64,000 bases of DNA from Lama guanicoe (GCA_013239625.1 MU054391.1:8775095-8839094); one strand, 5' to 3'; counted from the stretch's first letter, positions 13,677 to 27,600 are shown. A program made the numbers and translations. Notes: generated by a model from the sequence alone, not told the origin.

Positions 13677-15334
13677 GTTCTTTTCTGAGCATACTACATA
13701 TATACATATTTTACTTTTGGAGCCATGTTAATATTTAGCTACTCAAGAAATAAAATTAAATTAATAAGAATGAGAAAAGAAATCCTAAAACCAAATGCAA
13801 ACAGACTCAAATAGATTCAGTTATACTTCAAAAAAATAACATAACCACACTCTGGGGTTAGGGGAGACTCGGCCAAAAATCTTTGGAATCAGGTACTTGG
13901 ATTATACGCAGTCAGTCAAAAGTAAAACATAGGAATGATAAGCAAATCCTGAACTCTTGTTGGCAGTTTGGCTCTTCACGCCAGTATGAGTAAAGCCATT
14001 CTGACATCATTTTCGATGTATTGGATGACAGATCAAGAAATACATTGATGTTGCTGAGAACTGGTTTTCTCAATGAAAAAAGGAAGATACAAACATGAAA
14101 TGAGGGAAAGTGTGGTAGAGCCCTTGGGGGTTGAATTGGAATTGGAGGGAGTTCCCCCGGCTCTCTCTACCGAGCAGGGCTAGATAAACAGCATTTCAGT
14201 ACGAGGTCAACTACTGCTCAGCGCTTGGCTTCTAAGTGGTTTCCCCACTAAGAGGAACCTAGGTCCTTGAAGACATGGCTGCTTGAGGTTTGGGAAACAG
14301 AAAATGCAAGATGAACCTGGAATATCTTGTTTCACCAGAAAATAAAAGTGCTCGGAAAAGAAAAACTAATGATGAGGACATATTAAGAAGGCACCGTGGA
14401 GCAGCCCACACTGGCTGGTTCTGGGGAAACTTTAGCTTGAGAATAAATAAAACAGCAATGAAATATAACTCATTGAATAAAATAAACATCAAAGAAGTCT
14501 TTTTTGCCTTGATTATTCCCTAATCGAATGCTGAAGTCATATAGAACTGGCTAGAAGGAGTCGGTTTTACATCAGCCTCTGAGAGAAAAATTACTCAGAA
14601 AATCTCTGGTTCCTGTAGCACTAAAACAAGAATTTACTTCATCAAACTCTCAGAGAGAAAAAAGAGTTCTTAGGAATAAAACACTGAAACCTACATCCAC
14701 AATATTTATCAACCAACAATATCTCTTTACAATAAGTTAAATATAATAGATCTTTGCCTGCAATCCATTCTCTGTAAGAGGCCTTGATGGCTCCTTTAGC
14801 TTTTAGGTACCCCCCCCCCCAAATTGTTACTAAACATTTTGTAAGGTTGGGGTTATTTAAATCACCACCTTGCAACTCATAGCTCCCAGACTGCAACAAT
14901 ATAACCCTTGCCAGTTCTCTGTAAGAGTTAGCTCTTAGATCACCTTGGATGCTAAATTTTTTTATCATTTTAGGCTACAGAAATCAACCGCAAAACACAC
15001 AGAGCTTTATCAATAATTTACATAATGCTATGCATTTCTATAGCTGTGTGTCTAAAATCAGAAACAGGTAACTTTTAAACTAGAGCTTTCCCAGTTGTGT
15101 ACCCATGGGGGTTCCTGGGAGCAGCTACAGTTGGGTGAGTTGGAGATTATGTGGTTTAATCAAAGCACTGTCAATGACATAAAAGGTTTTAGTAAAGATT
15201 TTTTTTTTATTTTAAGAGATTTCTTCTGATAATTAAAAAGTGTGATGATCTATGATCAAGTCAAATACCTTAGCTGACCACTGTAGCACAAGGAACTAGC
15301 AAGGGAATTAATTTGCCCAAGGTCATGCCAGTAG

Positions 15335-15866
15335 TGTCAGTGAGTCTAACCTTGTTCTGCTCACCACACAACAGGCCAGTAAATTGAGAGATGAGGCGTT
15401 GGGGCAAGAAATAATGACTTTATCTGGAAATCCGGCAGACCAAGAAGATGGCAGACTAATGCCCCGGAGAACCATCTCCCCCAAATCAGAATTCAGGCTC
15501 CTTTTATACTAAAAAGGAGAGGGGCATGGTTGGTTGTTGCAGACTTCTTGGAATCCTTTGTCCTTGCAACTGTCCCTGTGGGTCAGGTCATGGTGTCCCA
15601 GTCAACCTCCCACAAAACAAATGTTATTGTCTATTCTGCAACGTTTTGTCTTCCTATGAATAGGAAAGTGTTACACCCTTAAAGGTCAGAGCCTTGAGAA
15701 TGGGCTGTCCTGTAGATTTTGGGCTGTCCTGTATATTTCAGGCTCCAGGCAACATTCTTTTACAAAAGGTGCAGAACCAGCATGACTAAGCACAGGACAC
15801 AGAGCCCAGGGTTAAAGCCAAAGGAACAGATCTAATAGGGAGTCAGATTTGTTCTTGCCTATTACA
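15335..15866 (-). mobile_element. ERV1-like solo LTR inserted in a MIR remnant
   Basis: TG...CA termini, imperfect 4-bp flanks gtag/atag, antisense TATA-like ccttttatac; preceded by MIR-like ttgcccaaggtca. Confidence 0.65.
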
Positions 15867-16129
15867 ATAGCATGGTGCAATAATATACAAAACTCTCTTA
15901 CCCAGCCCTATATAGTAAGTATTAAATGCAATTTCTATTATCATTCTTATTATAAATATTCTGTATTGTTATTAACACACAAGTACTTTGACTCTCAGTC
16001 TACTTCTCCATTTGAACATTCCTCATGCAATCCCCCAATTATTCCTACTACTGGGACATCAGTTGGAGAGGTCTAAATCCCATTTTTTCTTCAAGGTCCA
16101 AGTTCAATCTCCCTACACCAAGGTGGAAA

Positions 16130-16330
16130 TAATAATAACCACCACCATAAAAGTTTTCATTTATACAATATTTAACATGTATCAAGCACTCTTCTAGGGA
16201 CTTTACATATATAAAGTCATTATACTTAACAAATTTTTTATTAAGTCGGTTCTGTAATTATCACTACAATTTTAAATGAGGAAACTGAAGCACAGAGAAT
16301 TCAAGTCACTTATAAAATGGAACTGGTTAA
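16130..16330 (-). mobile_element. MIR SINE
   Basis: attttaaatgaggaaactgaagcacagaga core. Confidence 0.7.
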
Positions 16331-17143
16331 GGGAGTAGGGAAGGGTATTTTGATGTGTATAATAGCAACAATAAAAAGTTACTGGGGACGTACAAGAATC
16401 AGGACTAGTTTACAATAGGTACTAAATAATTACTTATTTAGCTAATAAATGTATAGGAAAAGGTATTTTAGTTATGATCCTGGGTAGAGGCACAATAGAG
16501 GAGATTACAGCTTATAACAAGGAATATACTAAAGAATAATTGGGGTCAGCTAGATTCTCATAGCATCCCCAGAACCATGCCATGCCCTTGAAGCTTGCCT
16601 TAGAAGAACCCACTGAAACATCCAGCCTGTGTTCTGAAACATCCTACTCCCAAACCACTGCATCTCCCACATCTGCAGCATCAATGAGCAGCCATTGCTG
16701 CCCATGTGCTTCACTGAGATTCAGAAGCCCTGTGAGACTCAGGGCATCTCTCTTATGCTCTGATTAGCCACAGACCCATAGTAACTTCCCTTCCCAGCTT
16801 GCAAGACAAAAAACCTCAAAATTCACCTTGATACTTAAAAGCTTTCTTTTTGAAGATAAAATAGAAGGAACAAATACATTATGACATAGAGCACGAAAAA
16901 CACTCATCTTATTCCAGTTTAAAAGTTACCCCACTAAGAAGCAGGAAGAACAATTTTAATTTACCAAATTGACCACCTCAAAAGGCCAGCTCAAATGGCT
17001 TTTCCACACATTAAGGCTCAGTTCAGACCGCTTCTTTACCAATAAGCTTTTCATCTCTGAAATCAACATTGATCTTTCTTTGTGCAGCATAGTGTTAGCA
17101 CTTTGCTTATTTTTTACGCTAAGGCAGTTTGTCTTACCTTTAA

Positions 17144-17198
17144 GTGTGTGTGTTGTGTGTGTGTGTTGTGTGTGTGTGTGTGTGTGTGTGTGCGTGCA
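17144..17198. repeat. Interrupted (GT)n microsatellite
   Basis: Direct observation. Confidence 0.95.
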
Positions 17199-17908
17199 CG
17201 CTTTATTGATCCTGAAAACTAGAAAGCCCATCACATTCTCTTGAGAATTTGCTGCTGCCCCTCCCACCCCACACACGTGAAGCTCTCAAGCCTTCAACAG
17301 CCTGCATGGCAACTACAAGCATTCCACAAATGTATGATGTAATGTACCCTCAGAGGAACTCTGAAATCTTGGTGCGTCTCACACCAAAAAAATCATTAGA
17401 ATTGCTTCCAAAGAGGAAGCAAAAGGTACGTTTTTCTAGTTCGTAGCTTTAAACATCACATCATTGCCTACTTCCATGGGACACATGTAAACATGAGCGA
17501 CTTCCTGGATCTCTCCCTGGAGTGTGTCTCAAGAATCAAAGTTTTCACTTCAGTATAAGCTAAACATAGGACAATAGAGGTCAAAGAGGTTCTTAGCAGA
17601 GGAAGAACAAAAAAGCAAAAATGCTTTGAAGGAAGTGTAGAAACTCTAGGATTACGATGAAGTAGAAAGAGCATAGAGATTTTTCGTCACAGAGATCCGG
17701 ATCACTTCAATTATCTCTGCTTTAAAATAGTCATCTTTCAGGACTCTTGAGAGGGTGAAATGGATAAGATCTTAAAAAGGAATAATCAAGGTACCTCTCC
17801 CCTAGTTGGTGTTCAAAAAATGCTACTTTCTTTCTCTATCTTCCTGCTAAGTCAGAGGTACATTTCTCCGAGGCTAAGACTTAATAAAAGCCAGAGACTC
17901 AGTTTCTT

Positions 17909-17910
<2 letters not shown>

Positions 17911-17960
<50 letters not shown>
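17911..17960. repeat. Perfect (GT)25 microsatellite
   Basis: Direct observation. Confidence 0.97.
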
Positions 17961-17963
<3 letters not shown>

Positions 17964-19289
17964 AATTGACATACACTTGCCGGAACATCTCCTGCCATCA
18001 ATGCTAATGATATTAAAATGAACGAACAGTCACCTGACATACATCTTGTTTTTGTACACCGAGTGCTTGCTCTCAGCAATACTCACTCATCCATCTCCAC
18101 AAGAACCTCACTGTGGCGGGGCTGGGAGGGGAATGTCTCATGACTGCTCCCTCCATATTGGCAAATTGACTCTTAGCTTTAAGATCATTGATAAAAATCA
18201 CTCTGACTTTCCCCAGAAAGTCTATTTTCATCTCCTCTCAAGAAAGGTCTCTGGGGCTCATTTCTAGCCTCTTCAGAAAGTAAACTCTACAAGGCAGTGA
18301 ATTTTTCTTTAACACATTTCCTAATGTGCCATGTTGCCTCCTCTGTCCGGGATGTAATAACTCGTTAAGAATTGCAGCTGGCGGTGCCACTGGGGGAAGA
18401 TACAGCTACCGTCCCCCAGTCCATACAGAGCAAGCTTGTAAGCCCACATTGGCACTTTTATCACCTTCCTGGCCCTTAACAACTCACCTCCCGCCATCCT
18501 AATCAAATGTGCTATTCTTCAGCCACTGCAGGAATTTATATTTTATTAGCCTAACTGTGAGTTTGCTGCATAGACTGCTAATGCTGTAATTTATTTTTTA
18601 TTTGTATGCCCAAGAGCTTTGAACAATGGAGACTTTATTTTTTCCATTTCCAAAAGCAAATAAAACCACAATGGGCCAGATTCCCCTCCCATCTACTAAC
18701 CCACTGGAAAAATCTTACTTGGGGAGCCCTGGATTTAGAGCATCATATTTATCCAACACACTCTAAAGAATGATACTTTCCATCAGAGATACATGAATAT
18801 TTTGTGTTCAATGGCACATCAGTATATTTCAGAAACTCACATTTAATGAGGCTTGGGAGTTTGCCATCCTCAGGATCATATTTTTTACACTGCTATATAC
18901 ACCCACATAGAAGGATAGACACAGACACACACACAGTGCAACTGTGTATTTAAAAAAACATCCATCTCAGTAAGCGTCCCATTTCATCATCAGCTATGTG
19001 CTACACGCCCAGGCTTCCCTTTGCTTTATGAAACTTACACACATTAGAAATCTTATTTGGCATCGTGACTCCTTCCTTCCGCAACACTGCCTACAGCTCA
19101 GAGAAGCAGTTAGTAATGAGAGTAACAAGCCAGCCCAACGCTGCGGAGAATGAGAAGCAGCCACGGCTTGTTTTCTTTTCCATGGTAGCTGTTTCTATGA
19201 GAATAGGTTGTTAGGTTGGTCTTAACACTAGGAAAACACGGCTCAATCTCTGCTCGGCCATCCTAGTGGTGCAGGGGATGTTGAAGGAT

Positions 19290-19440
19290 TGACTGAGTCC
19301 CTTTTCTCAGTTTTCTCATCTGTAGAATGGGGATGATACTCACTGTGCCACTCCCTGTGTCATGGATAGCTGTGAGGACTAAAGGATGGGATGTATCTGA
19401 AAATGTTTTGAGACTGCAAAGTGCTTGATCAATATAAGTA
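19290..19440 (+). mobile_element. MIR SINE
   Basis: tctcagttttctcatctgtagaatggggatgata...gtgaggactaaa. Confidence 0.75.
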
Positions 19441-21449
19441 TCAGTATGTTAATGTATTATCTAAACATTATCATATATAAATCACAAAAATATGATGTTT
19501 ATTGTACCCAGTTATATTAGTTACTGTCTCTGTTTATAGACTTTATTCCTTACCACCATTGGTTATAATTTTAATAGATGAATGATAATATAGCTTTTAT
19601 AATGTTGTGAAGATAAATTAAAACTTGCAAGAACCAGTAACAGCCTACCACCAATGCTTGGGGATGACAGATACAATGAATTCCTTTGTCCCTCTGCTCA
19701 TCGCACCTTGAACCCAGTAGAGAATTAAAGCCCATCTTCTCCCCTTTATTGCTTTGATGGGGCTGCTGCCTCACCTGGCTTAGAGGGACCCAGATATCAA
19801 GACACACGACCAGAGAGACAGTAAGTTCTAGTCACTCAAAATTCTGTTTATTTTCTGTGGACTACAGATATTCTTTTGCCCAATCATTGGGGAAATGGCT
19901 TCATCAAGTAAACGCAAAAGGACTTCCACCTCTGACCCATGCACCACAAGCATCAATTTCTTTACTACCACTGAAGGAGTAAAGGCCATTATCCAGGCCA
20001 AACGTGTGACAAGACTCCTTTGTCTATTATTCCAAATTCCCATTCTTTCCCATTATGCCAAAAAGATGGAAAGGAAAATATGGAACTTCTGTCTCCAAAG
20101 TAGAAATAAAGATTGATTTTGGCTCTTGCGATGCTTCAAGAGTAAGTTAATGACCACCCTTCACCATTCATTATGTCTTGCATTTGTAAGCACTTCTTAG
20201 GTAAGCTGAAAAGTTAATTTCTACAGAAAGAGAATCAGAGAATGTCTTCTTGAAGAGTAAGCTCAAGCCATAGTTGATAATGGAAGAGATTGCTCTTCTA
20301 AGATCCTCCAAGGTAAAATAAATGCTTTACACAGCCAAGTCGATGGTGTCTGTAACCCAGAATTTTGTTTCTAATAATTTTAGGGAGATTTTCTGGGGAC
20401 CTTAGGTTGGGGGAACCACCTACTGAGACCAGAAAGCCATTTGGTTTCAGAGAAATTTGTCAGAGTGAATCATTTAGGACTTGGATGGGAGAGCTGCCAA
20501 AGCAATGAACTGAAAAGAAATAAGAAGGATTTATTGAGAGAGGGGAATAGGTTTAGATCAAAGCCCTTAAGTATTAAGACATGAAAGAAAATATGGAAAG
20601 AGAGCAAGTAAGAAAGGAATCAAAGTAATAATTTTATTCTCATGTAGAATTCTGTTGAATTAGCCTGCAGGTGAACTTAAGATAGAATTTTACCTGTGCA
20701 GCCAAATCTGCCATCTGGCTGGGTCCATTGTCTCAGTGAAGAGTGTCAAGTTGATTTTCCAAACAGTAATCATTTCTTCTTATCTGCGTTCTTACCCTCC
20801 ACATCTTTGCAATGAGTGAATCTTCAATCTCACCAAGTTCTTAAGGATAACTGGTACTTTTTACTTATCTCATTACTCCTGGGAATAATGGAGTGCCCAC
20901 ATAATAGCAATATGGAAGCAAACAGTATGATGAATATTTGTGGAGTAAGTTACCTTTTACGAAATATTCTTCCTAGCCATTATCTTATTTAATCTCGAGG
21001 TCTCTGAGAGATACTTCAATCTCCATCTTTAGGGGAGGAAAGTGAGGCTTAGAAGTAAAAGAATAGAAAAGAACTTAGTCAGGTAGCTAATAATGGAGAG
21101 AAGTGAAATTCATGCCCACTGATCATAACACTTGGTCTTCTGAGTACTGAACAGGTGTTAGGGTACAGAATGGAGGGGCAGAGAGATAGCTGAATAAAGT
21201 AGCACTTTAAGCAGGCAGGGACCTCCTTCTTTGCAAACCCATTTATTACCTATTCTTAGTGTTCTCTGCTGTGTCATGCCCCCTGTGATATCCTCAGAGA
21301 GCAGTGATGTCTGCCTCCTCTAAATTCTCATGCATTTCTCTAATGCCTTAGTAGACCTTTAATATCATCATCATCAACTTTTAAACAGTAATAGATCACA
21401 TTCATCTGTCACTTACCATGAACCAGACACAGTCCTCAGTGCTACGTAC

Positions 21450-21901
21450 TGTGATAGGCTGAATAATGGCCCCTAATATAGCCCCATCCTGATACCCAGA
21501 CTCGTGACCATTACCTTATGTGGTGGAGAGACCTGGCAGATATGATTAAGGATCCTGAGACAGGCAGACTACCCACTAGTGCACACTGAATAGTTACAAG
21601 TGTCCTGATAAGAGGGAGGAAGGGGGGGGCGATTTAACAGAGGGGCAGAAGGCAATGTGAACACTGAAGTGAGGCGCTGGGCTTATGGCTTTGATGATGG
21701 AGAAAGTGGTCAGGAGCCAAGGGAAGCAGAGAATGCAGTTTTACAAGCTGGAAAAGACTAGAAAACATTCTCCTCCAGGGCCTCCAGAGGAGCCCGGTGA
21801 TTTCTAATTTCTAACCTCCGTAACTGTGCGAGAATGCCATGTATTGTTTTAGCCACTCAGTTGATGGTAATTTGTTGTAGCAGCCGTCAAATATTCATAC
21901 G
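21450..21901 (+). mobile_element. MLT1D-like solo LTR inserted in a MIR
   Basis: tgtgataggctgaataatggcccc...ggtaatttgttgtagcagc; MIR pieces lie on both sides (~21385-21449 and ~21902-22100). Confidence 0.8.
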
Positions 21902-22100
21902 GATATATTAATTGAATCTTCATAACAACTCTGTGAGTTAAGTGATGTCGCCATTATTTCCATTTTACAGATGAGAAAACTGAGGCATTGGGAAATCAAT
22001 AAAATTACTCAAGATTCTACAGCCAGTTAGTGCAGAAGCTGGAATGTGAACCCCAGATAATCTGGCTCTGGAATCAATGCTCGTAACTACTATACACAAT
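21902..22100 (-). mobile_element. MIR SINE (right part)
   Basis: ccattttacagatgagaaaactgaggc core. Confidence 0.8.
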
Positions 22101-22182
22101 ACGAAATGTTTGATAAATTGTGAATTCTGTCTGTGAGGGTGTTAATCACCTATTTTATCTCCTACTCTTGCAGTATCTGTAC

Positions 22183-22504
22183 TGCAACATCTGAATGTTC
22201 GTGTCTAACCACCCCCTCAATGATGGTCTTAGGAGGTGGGACCTCGGCAGGTGCTTAAATCATGAGGGTGGAGCCACCTTGAGTGGGATTAGATCTTTAC
22301 AAAAGAGGTTCCAGAGAGCTCCCTTGCCCCCTGTGACATGTGAAGATACAAGAAGTCTGCAACCCAGAAGAGGGCTCTCCTCTGACCATGCCGGCACCCT
22401 GATCTCAGACTTCCAGCCTCCCAAACTGTGAGCAATAAATTTCTGCTGTGTATTAGCCATCTGATCTATAGTTTTTGCTTTATCAGTTTGAACAAACCAA
22501 GACA
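22183..22504 (+). mobile_element. MLT1A-like solo LTR
   Basis: aggtgggacc...catgagggtggagcc...gccggcaccctgatctcagacttccagcctcc...aataaatttctg...aagaca. Confidence 0.85.
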
Positions 22505-22859
22505 TTCTACAAATAAAGTAAATCCCTTATGAACACTGTTGTAAGTTCTTTTTACCATCATAAAACGTTATGTATGCTAGTTCACTATACAATATTTGAA
22601 AAATACACAGAGAAAAAATATTCATAATTCCCAAAACTCACATCCCAGAAGTAAGCATGTTTAGTACTCAGGCACAGATCCATGTGTAATTTTTTATGCT
22701 GACAGTTGTACTTGTTAGTTTTACACAGTTGCAGCCTTAATACAATGTAAAATGATGCATCCTTGTCTATGTACTAGACAATTTTACATCCTTCTCTATG
22801 CATCCTTAACAATCAAAGCTTTAATCATTAATTATAAATTTCTCCTTAGAATATCAGGT

Positions 22860-23002
22860 TTTTTCTCTTTATTATTTTTGATTTTAAAATTATATAGATA
22901 AGAATAAGTACAAAATTGCAACGTGAAATTTCTCGCTCCTTAACCTGTCTGTTTCTTAGTGAATGTTCTCAGATAATGATAGATGGATAGAAATAGAGTG
23001 AT

Positions 23003-23047
<45 letters not shown>

Positions 23048-24390
23048 TACAGAGATAGATGAGAGAGAGACAGAGACAACTGGATCCTGCTCTATGTATT
23101 GACTTAACAGTTTGCTTTTTTAACTCAACAGCCTGTCATGGCTGTCCTTACAGGTTAGTAGGTAGCACTGAGCTTACTCCGTACAAATGACTCCTCAATA
23201 TGGTTGCATCATAATTGACATATTGATGGGCATGTAAGTTCTCTCCAGCATTTTGATGTTCCAAGGCTGCAATAAACACCCTCGTCAACTCTCTGAATTT
23301 TTCTGTATGAGAGTGAACTTAAAAAGAGAATTTGCTGGTCAGCAGTTTTATTTATTTTTTGTTTGATCGGTACTGACAAGGTGCTCTCTACAAAAGCTGT
23401 ATCAATGTGCACCGCACTCTGTAATATATGAGAGTACCATATTCACCAGAGTCTTAAAAACAATATGTCCTAGGCTGTTTGTTGGTCTTTGAAAATATAA
23501 TAGTTTAAAAAGTAGTACTCTGTATTTTTATTTTATTTCATTGAACAATACATAGGTTGAGCATATTTTCATACATGTATTATTCATGTTTTAGTAAATT
23601 GTTCTTCAAATCTTTTGATCACTTTTCTGTTTTTTTATTCACCATTTTAAATCATAGTATAACATCCCAAACAGTGGATACACTATTGAATTCTATCATT
23701 TTCCAGTATTGACAAAAATTATGGGATAAGCAGTGTGTGCAAAGACTTTTGTACTATATGGATTATACACTTAAGACTTCACATGTTTCATCTAATTTTG
23801 GAGTTTAAAAAGATATACATTTTTCAAGTTCTCAATATATTCCAATTAATCCTCCAACAACAAAGCAACAAATAACAGTGTTCATTTCATGGAAGACCAG
23901 ATTAAAAAAATAGTATTATAGTTTCAAACCTTTTGCTAATTAAGCAGGTGAAAATGTATCTGCTTTTCAGAAAAAAATATACATTTAATTGATTATAGTG
24001 TGGTTGAATATTTTTCCTTCGGCTATTATTTGTTTGTTGCTTCTTTTTATGTTTAACCCTTTAGCCCATAGTGACCTTGTTTTGGCATATGCCGTTATTT
24101 ATTGCATTTATTTTCCCAAAGACTAGTCATTATGTCATTAGCATTTATTGAATGTTTTTATTGATTGATTGATTAACTTTACCTTATGCTGAATTATTAT
24201 TAAACTCTAGTCTGTTTTAGAGTTAGCCATGCTTCTGGTTGTATTGATTTTCTTACATCAGGATCCTTTTCTTTTTTACATAAGTATCCTATTATTTTAA
24301 TTATTAGAGCTATTAACATATTTTAATATTTATTAGAACTGCCCTCCTGCTTACGTTTATTTTTCAAAATTTTATTCTTTTTATTTTTAA
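22860..24390 (-). mobile_element. Old L1ME-like fragments
   Basis: Antisense L1 motifs (aggttgagcatattttcatac, atttgctggtca); highly decayed. Confidence 0.45.
23003..23044. repeat. (TAGA)n tetranucleotide repeat
   Basis: Direct observation; flanked by degenerate GATA/GA units. Confidence 0.95.
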
Positions 24391-25152
24391 CTATTTAATA
24401 AACTATGATGGAAAGAAAAGAGGAATGGACAGAACATGTCAGTAAAAAAATCAAATCACTTAATGGCACTTTCGCCTAAGAGGTGCCAGCAATGGAGAAG
24501 AGAACAGACCTTCCCTGAAGCCGCTGAGCAGTAACACACCAACAACAGAGCATCCATGTGAGTCACTTTATCACTTCAATTCTTTCACATGAAGCCTGGG
24601 GATCACAAAAATAATTAAAGCATTGGTCAGAAACCACATAAATTGGAGTTACGATGTACAATGATACAATTACAAAGTGAAAAACCATATCTCAAGGCGC
24701 ACTCTGCTTAGTTCCATAAGACACTGACTTGTGCAGTAACTTGCGTGGCTTTGTTAATATGAATCTGCCGAAGCAATGGAAAATGTAAGATAAAATTGCT
24801 AAAAATCAAATTCAAGCTAATGGAAAACTTTTCATGTCGTAAATATGCTAACTACCTTATTATTAAAGAAACTACATAAATAATTGTCATAAAAACAATT
24901 GTAGGAAAGTTGTTTTGGGACCTATATGACTTGCACAGTGTGTGGAGGAAATACACACTTCTTTGCAAATTTACAAAACTTAAATAAGATTTTCTTATTG
25001 AATTTGGAGTCATGTTTACAAATTCTTTAAAAAGTGTGAAATTGTCAAGAGCTATAACAATTCAGATACGTGAATTAAAGTTATAACTGTCACCAGGGCA
25101 TAATGTGTAAATAAAAAGAGCAGATGTAAGCCAGCGTTAAAAGAGTACACAC

Positions 25153-26250
25153 TCAGGAGTGGGATTGCTGAATCACATGGTAACTCTGCTTTTAGTTCTT
25201 TAAGGTTTCTTCATGCTATTTTCCATAGTGGTTGCACCAAACTACATTCCCACCAAAAGTGTAGGAGGGTTCCCTTTCCTCCACACCCTTTCCATCACTT
25301 ATCGTTTGTGGACTTTTTAGTGATGGCCATTCTGACTGGTGTGAAGTGATACCTCACTGTAGTTTTGATTTGCATTTCTCTAGTAATTAGTGATATTGAG
25401 CATTTTTTCATGTGCCTGTTGGTCATCTGCATGTCTTCATTGGAGAAATGTTTGTTTAGGTCTTCTCCCATTTTTTGATTGGGTTGTTTGGCTTTTGTTA
25501 TTGAATTGTATGAGCTGTTTGTTTATTCTGGAAGTGAGGCTCTTGTCTGGACAGAATTCTAATTTGAAAAGACACATGCACCCCAGTCTTCACAGCAGTG
25601 AATAGCCAAGACATGGAGGCAACCTAAATGCCCATCGATAGACAACTGCATAAAGAAGATGTGAGACAGACATATATATATATATATAGTATATATATAG
25701 TATATATGTAGTATGTGTATATATATATATAATAGATATATATAGCATAGTGTATGTATATAGTAGTATTCCTATATATGTAGAAATACTACTCAGCCGT
25801 AACAAAGAACGAAATAATGTCATTTGTAGTAACATGGATGGACCTAGAGATTATAATATAAGTAAAGTAAGCCAGTCAGAAAAAGAAAAATATCATGACA
25901 TCATTAACATGTGGAATCTAAAAAATGAGACAAATTTACCCATTTACAAAGCAGAAACAGACTCACAGACATAGAAAACAAATTTATGGTTACCAAAGGG
26001 GGAAGTGGGGAAGGAATACATTAGGAGTTTGGGATTTGCAGATACAAACTACTATCTACAAAATAGATAAACAACAAAGACCTTCTGTATAGCACAGGGA
26101 ACTGTATTCAGTAGGTTGTAATAACCTATCATGAAAAAGAATATGAAAAAGAATATATATATATATATATATAATTGAATTACTATGCTGTACACCAGAA
26201 ACTAACAAAACATTGTAAATCAACTCTACTTCAATAAAAATAAAATAAAA
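25153..26250 (+). mobile_element. 5'-inverted, truncated L1 (cetartiodactyl-type 3' end)
   Basis: Antisense ORF2 piece 25153-~25545 joined to a sense ORF2 end/3'UTR/poly(A); 13/15-identical target-site duplication at 25138-25152 and 26246-26260. Confidence 0.9.
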
Positions 26251-26509
26251 GAATATACACAAATTGCAAAGATGACCTTTTTTGAAGCAAAAACACTTGG
26301 TGGCTTGGCCCTGTGATAACAATCGCATTCATTTGTAGTACAGTAATGGGAAACACTGGGTAGTTCTCCCCCAAAACAGAAACTGAGTTTACATTATATG
26401 TGTCGTTAGCCCCACGACCTACCCACTAAAGCTAACAGCCAACCATGCAATTTTCAAAGGTTTTTAATTATTGGAAAAACAAAGTAACTCACAAACATAT
26501 GCACACAAT

Positions 26510-26715
26510 GAATCTAGTGGGTAAAATGCAGAGAACACTTAGAATTGAGAGACCTGGGTTTGAGTCACAGTTTCCCACTTATTTTTAATCTATAAAATCT
26601 TGGACAAGGAATTTAGATTTACAGACAAGTTTCTCTATCTGTAAAAAGTGAAGAATAATAGCAATGATCATTCAATAAGATACCATTGGAGTTTCTGAGT
26701 ATTAAATGATCAATA
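26510..26715 (+). mobile_element. MIR SINE
   Basis: gagacctgggtttgagtc...tttctctatctgtaaaa. Confidence 0.7.
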
Positions 26716-26869
26716 AGAGGGGCTCTTAAAGTAAAGCACCATATTAAAAATAAGCCCTATTACAAACATCATTACTGTATCTGTTAACAATGATTCCCTT
26801 TCATTGGACCCATTTATGTTGAGAGGTGTATTAATTCTCTTTATTTTCCTTTCAAGATTATATAGTTTA

Positions 26870-27600
26870 TTTTCCCAACTTGTTTTGAATGATCTCAAAC
26901 TTACAATAAACATGAAAGGGTTGTATAGTGAAGACTTGTGTGTCCTTCGCCAATACGGTCATATTCACCAACTGCTAACATTTTGCCCCACATTCTTCAT
27001 CTATCCCTCTCTACCTATTTGGGGGCTCATATGCATTTATAAATTTGTGAAAGTTGGTTGCAGACATCATTCCATTTTACCTCTAAATATACCTCTAAGG
27101 AACAAAGTCATTTTCTTATGTAACCATAATAATATAATCACAACCAAGAAATCAAACATTGATACAATGATATTAATGGACAATTTATATTCAAATATTT
27201 CTATCTAGAGTCTAATAAATGATTATAAATTACTTTTTTGGTGTTTCTTTTAATCTAGAATACCCCTCCTCTTTTTTCCCACATCATTGACATTCTTTTA
27301 AAGAGATAGGTCACATGTGTTGTGCCCACATGTGGACTTGTCTGGTGTTTCATTACACATAGATTTTAAACCGTTTCAGCAAGGACACTTCCCAGGTAAT
27401 ATATGCATCCTAGAGTGTTTCTTCAGAAGTAATACGGTGCCAGTTTGCCCATTATTAGTAATATGAAGTTTCAATATTCAGTTAATATAGTATCTACTTG
27501 ATCTCTCCTTTGTTAAAAAAAAAAACCTCTTTCTCTTCATAATTAATAAATCAGGACTCAATTATTTGGAATTATGTAAATATTCTTTTTCCCAACATAC
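26870..27600 (-). mobile_element. Old L1 (L1MC/ME) 3' fragment
   Basis: aaagttggttgcagacatcat...ttcttatgtaaccataat...acattgatacaat. Confidence 0.55.

Larger units (their letters stand above)
11900..14490 (+). mobile_element. Old L1 (L1MC/MD-like) 3' region, interrupted by an MLT1 LTR and a SINE
   Basis: A-rich decayed L1 sequence, e.g. gatgaacctggaatatcttg and aaataaaattaaattaataagaatg. Confidence 0.45.

Noticed and set aside
17138..17211. Minus-strand AG...GTAAGA pair bracketing a CA repeat
   Set aside because: The body is mostly microsatellite; likely a pseudo-exon.
16956..18079. HT- and CV-repeat ORFs
   Set aside because: Translations of (GT)n microsatellites.
18370..18400. Possible CTCF motif
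   Set aside because: Several mismatches at core positions.
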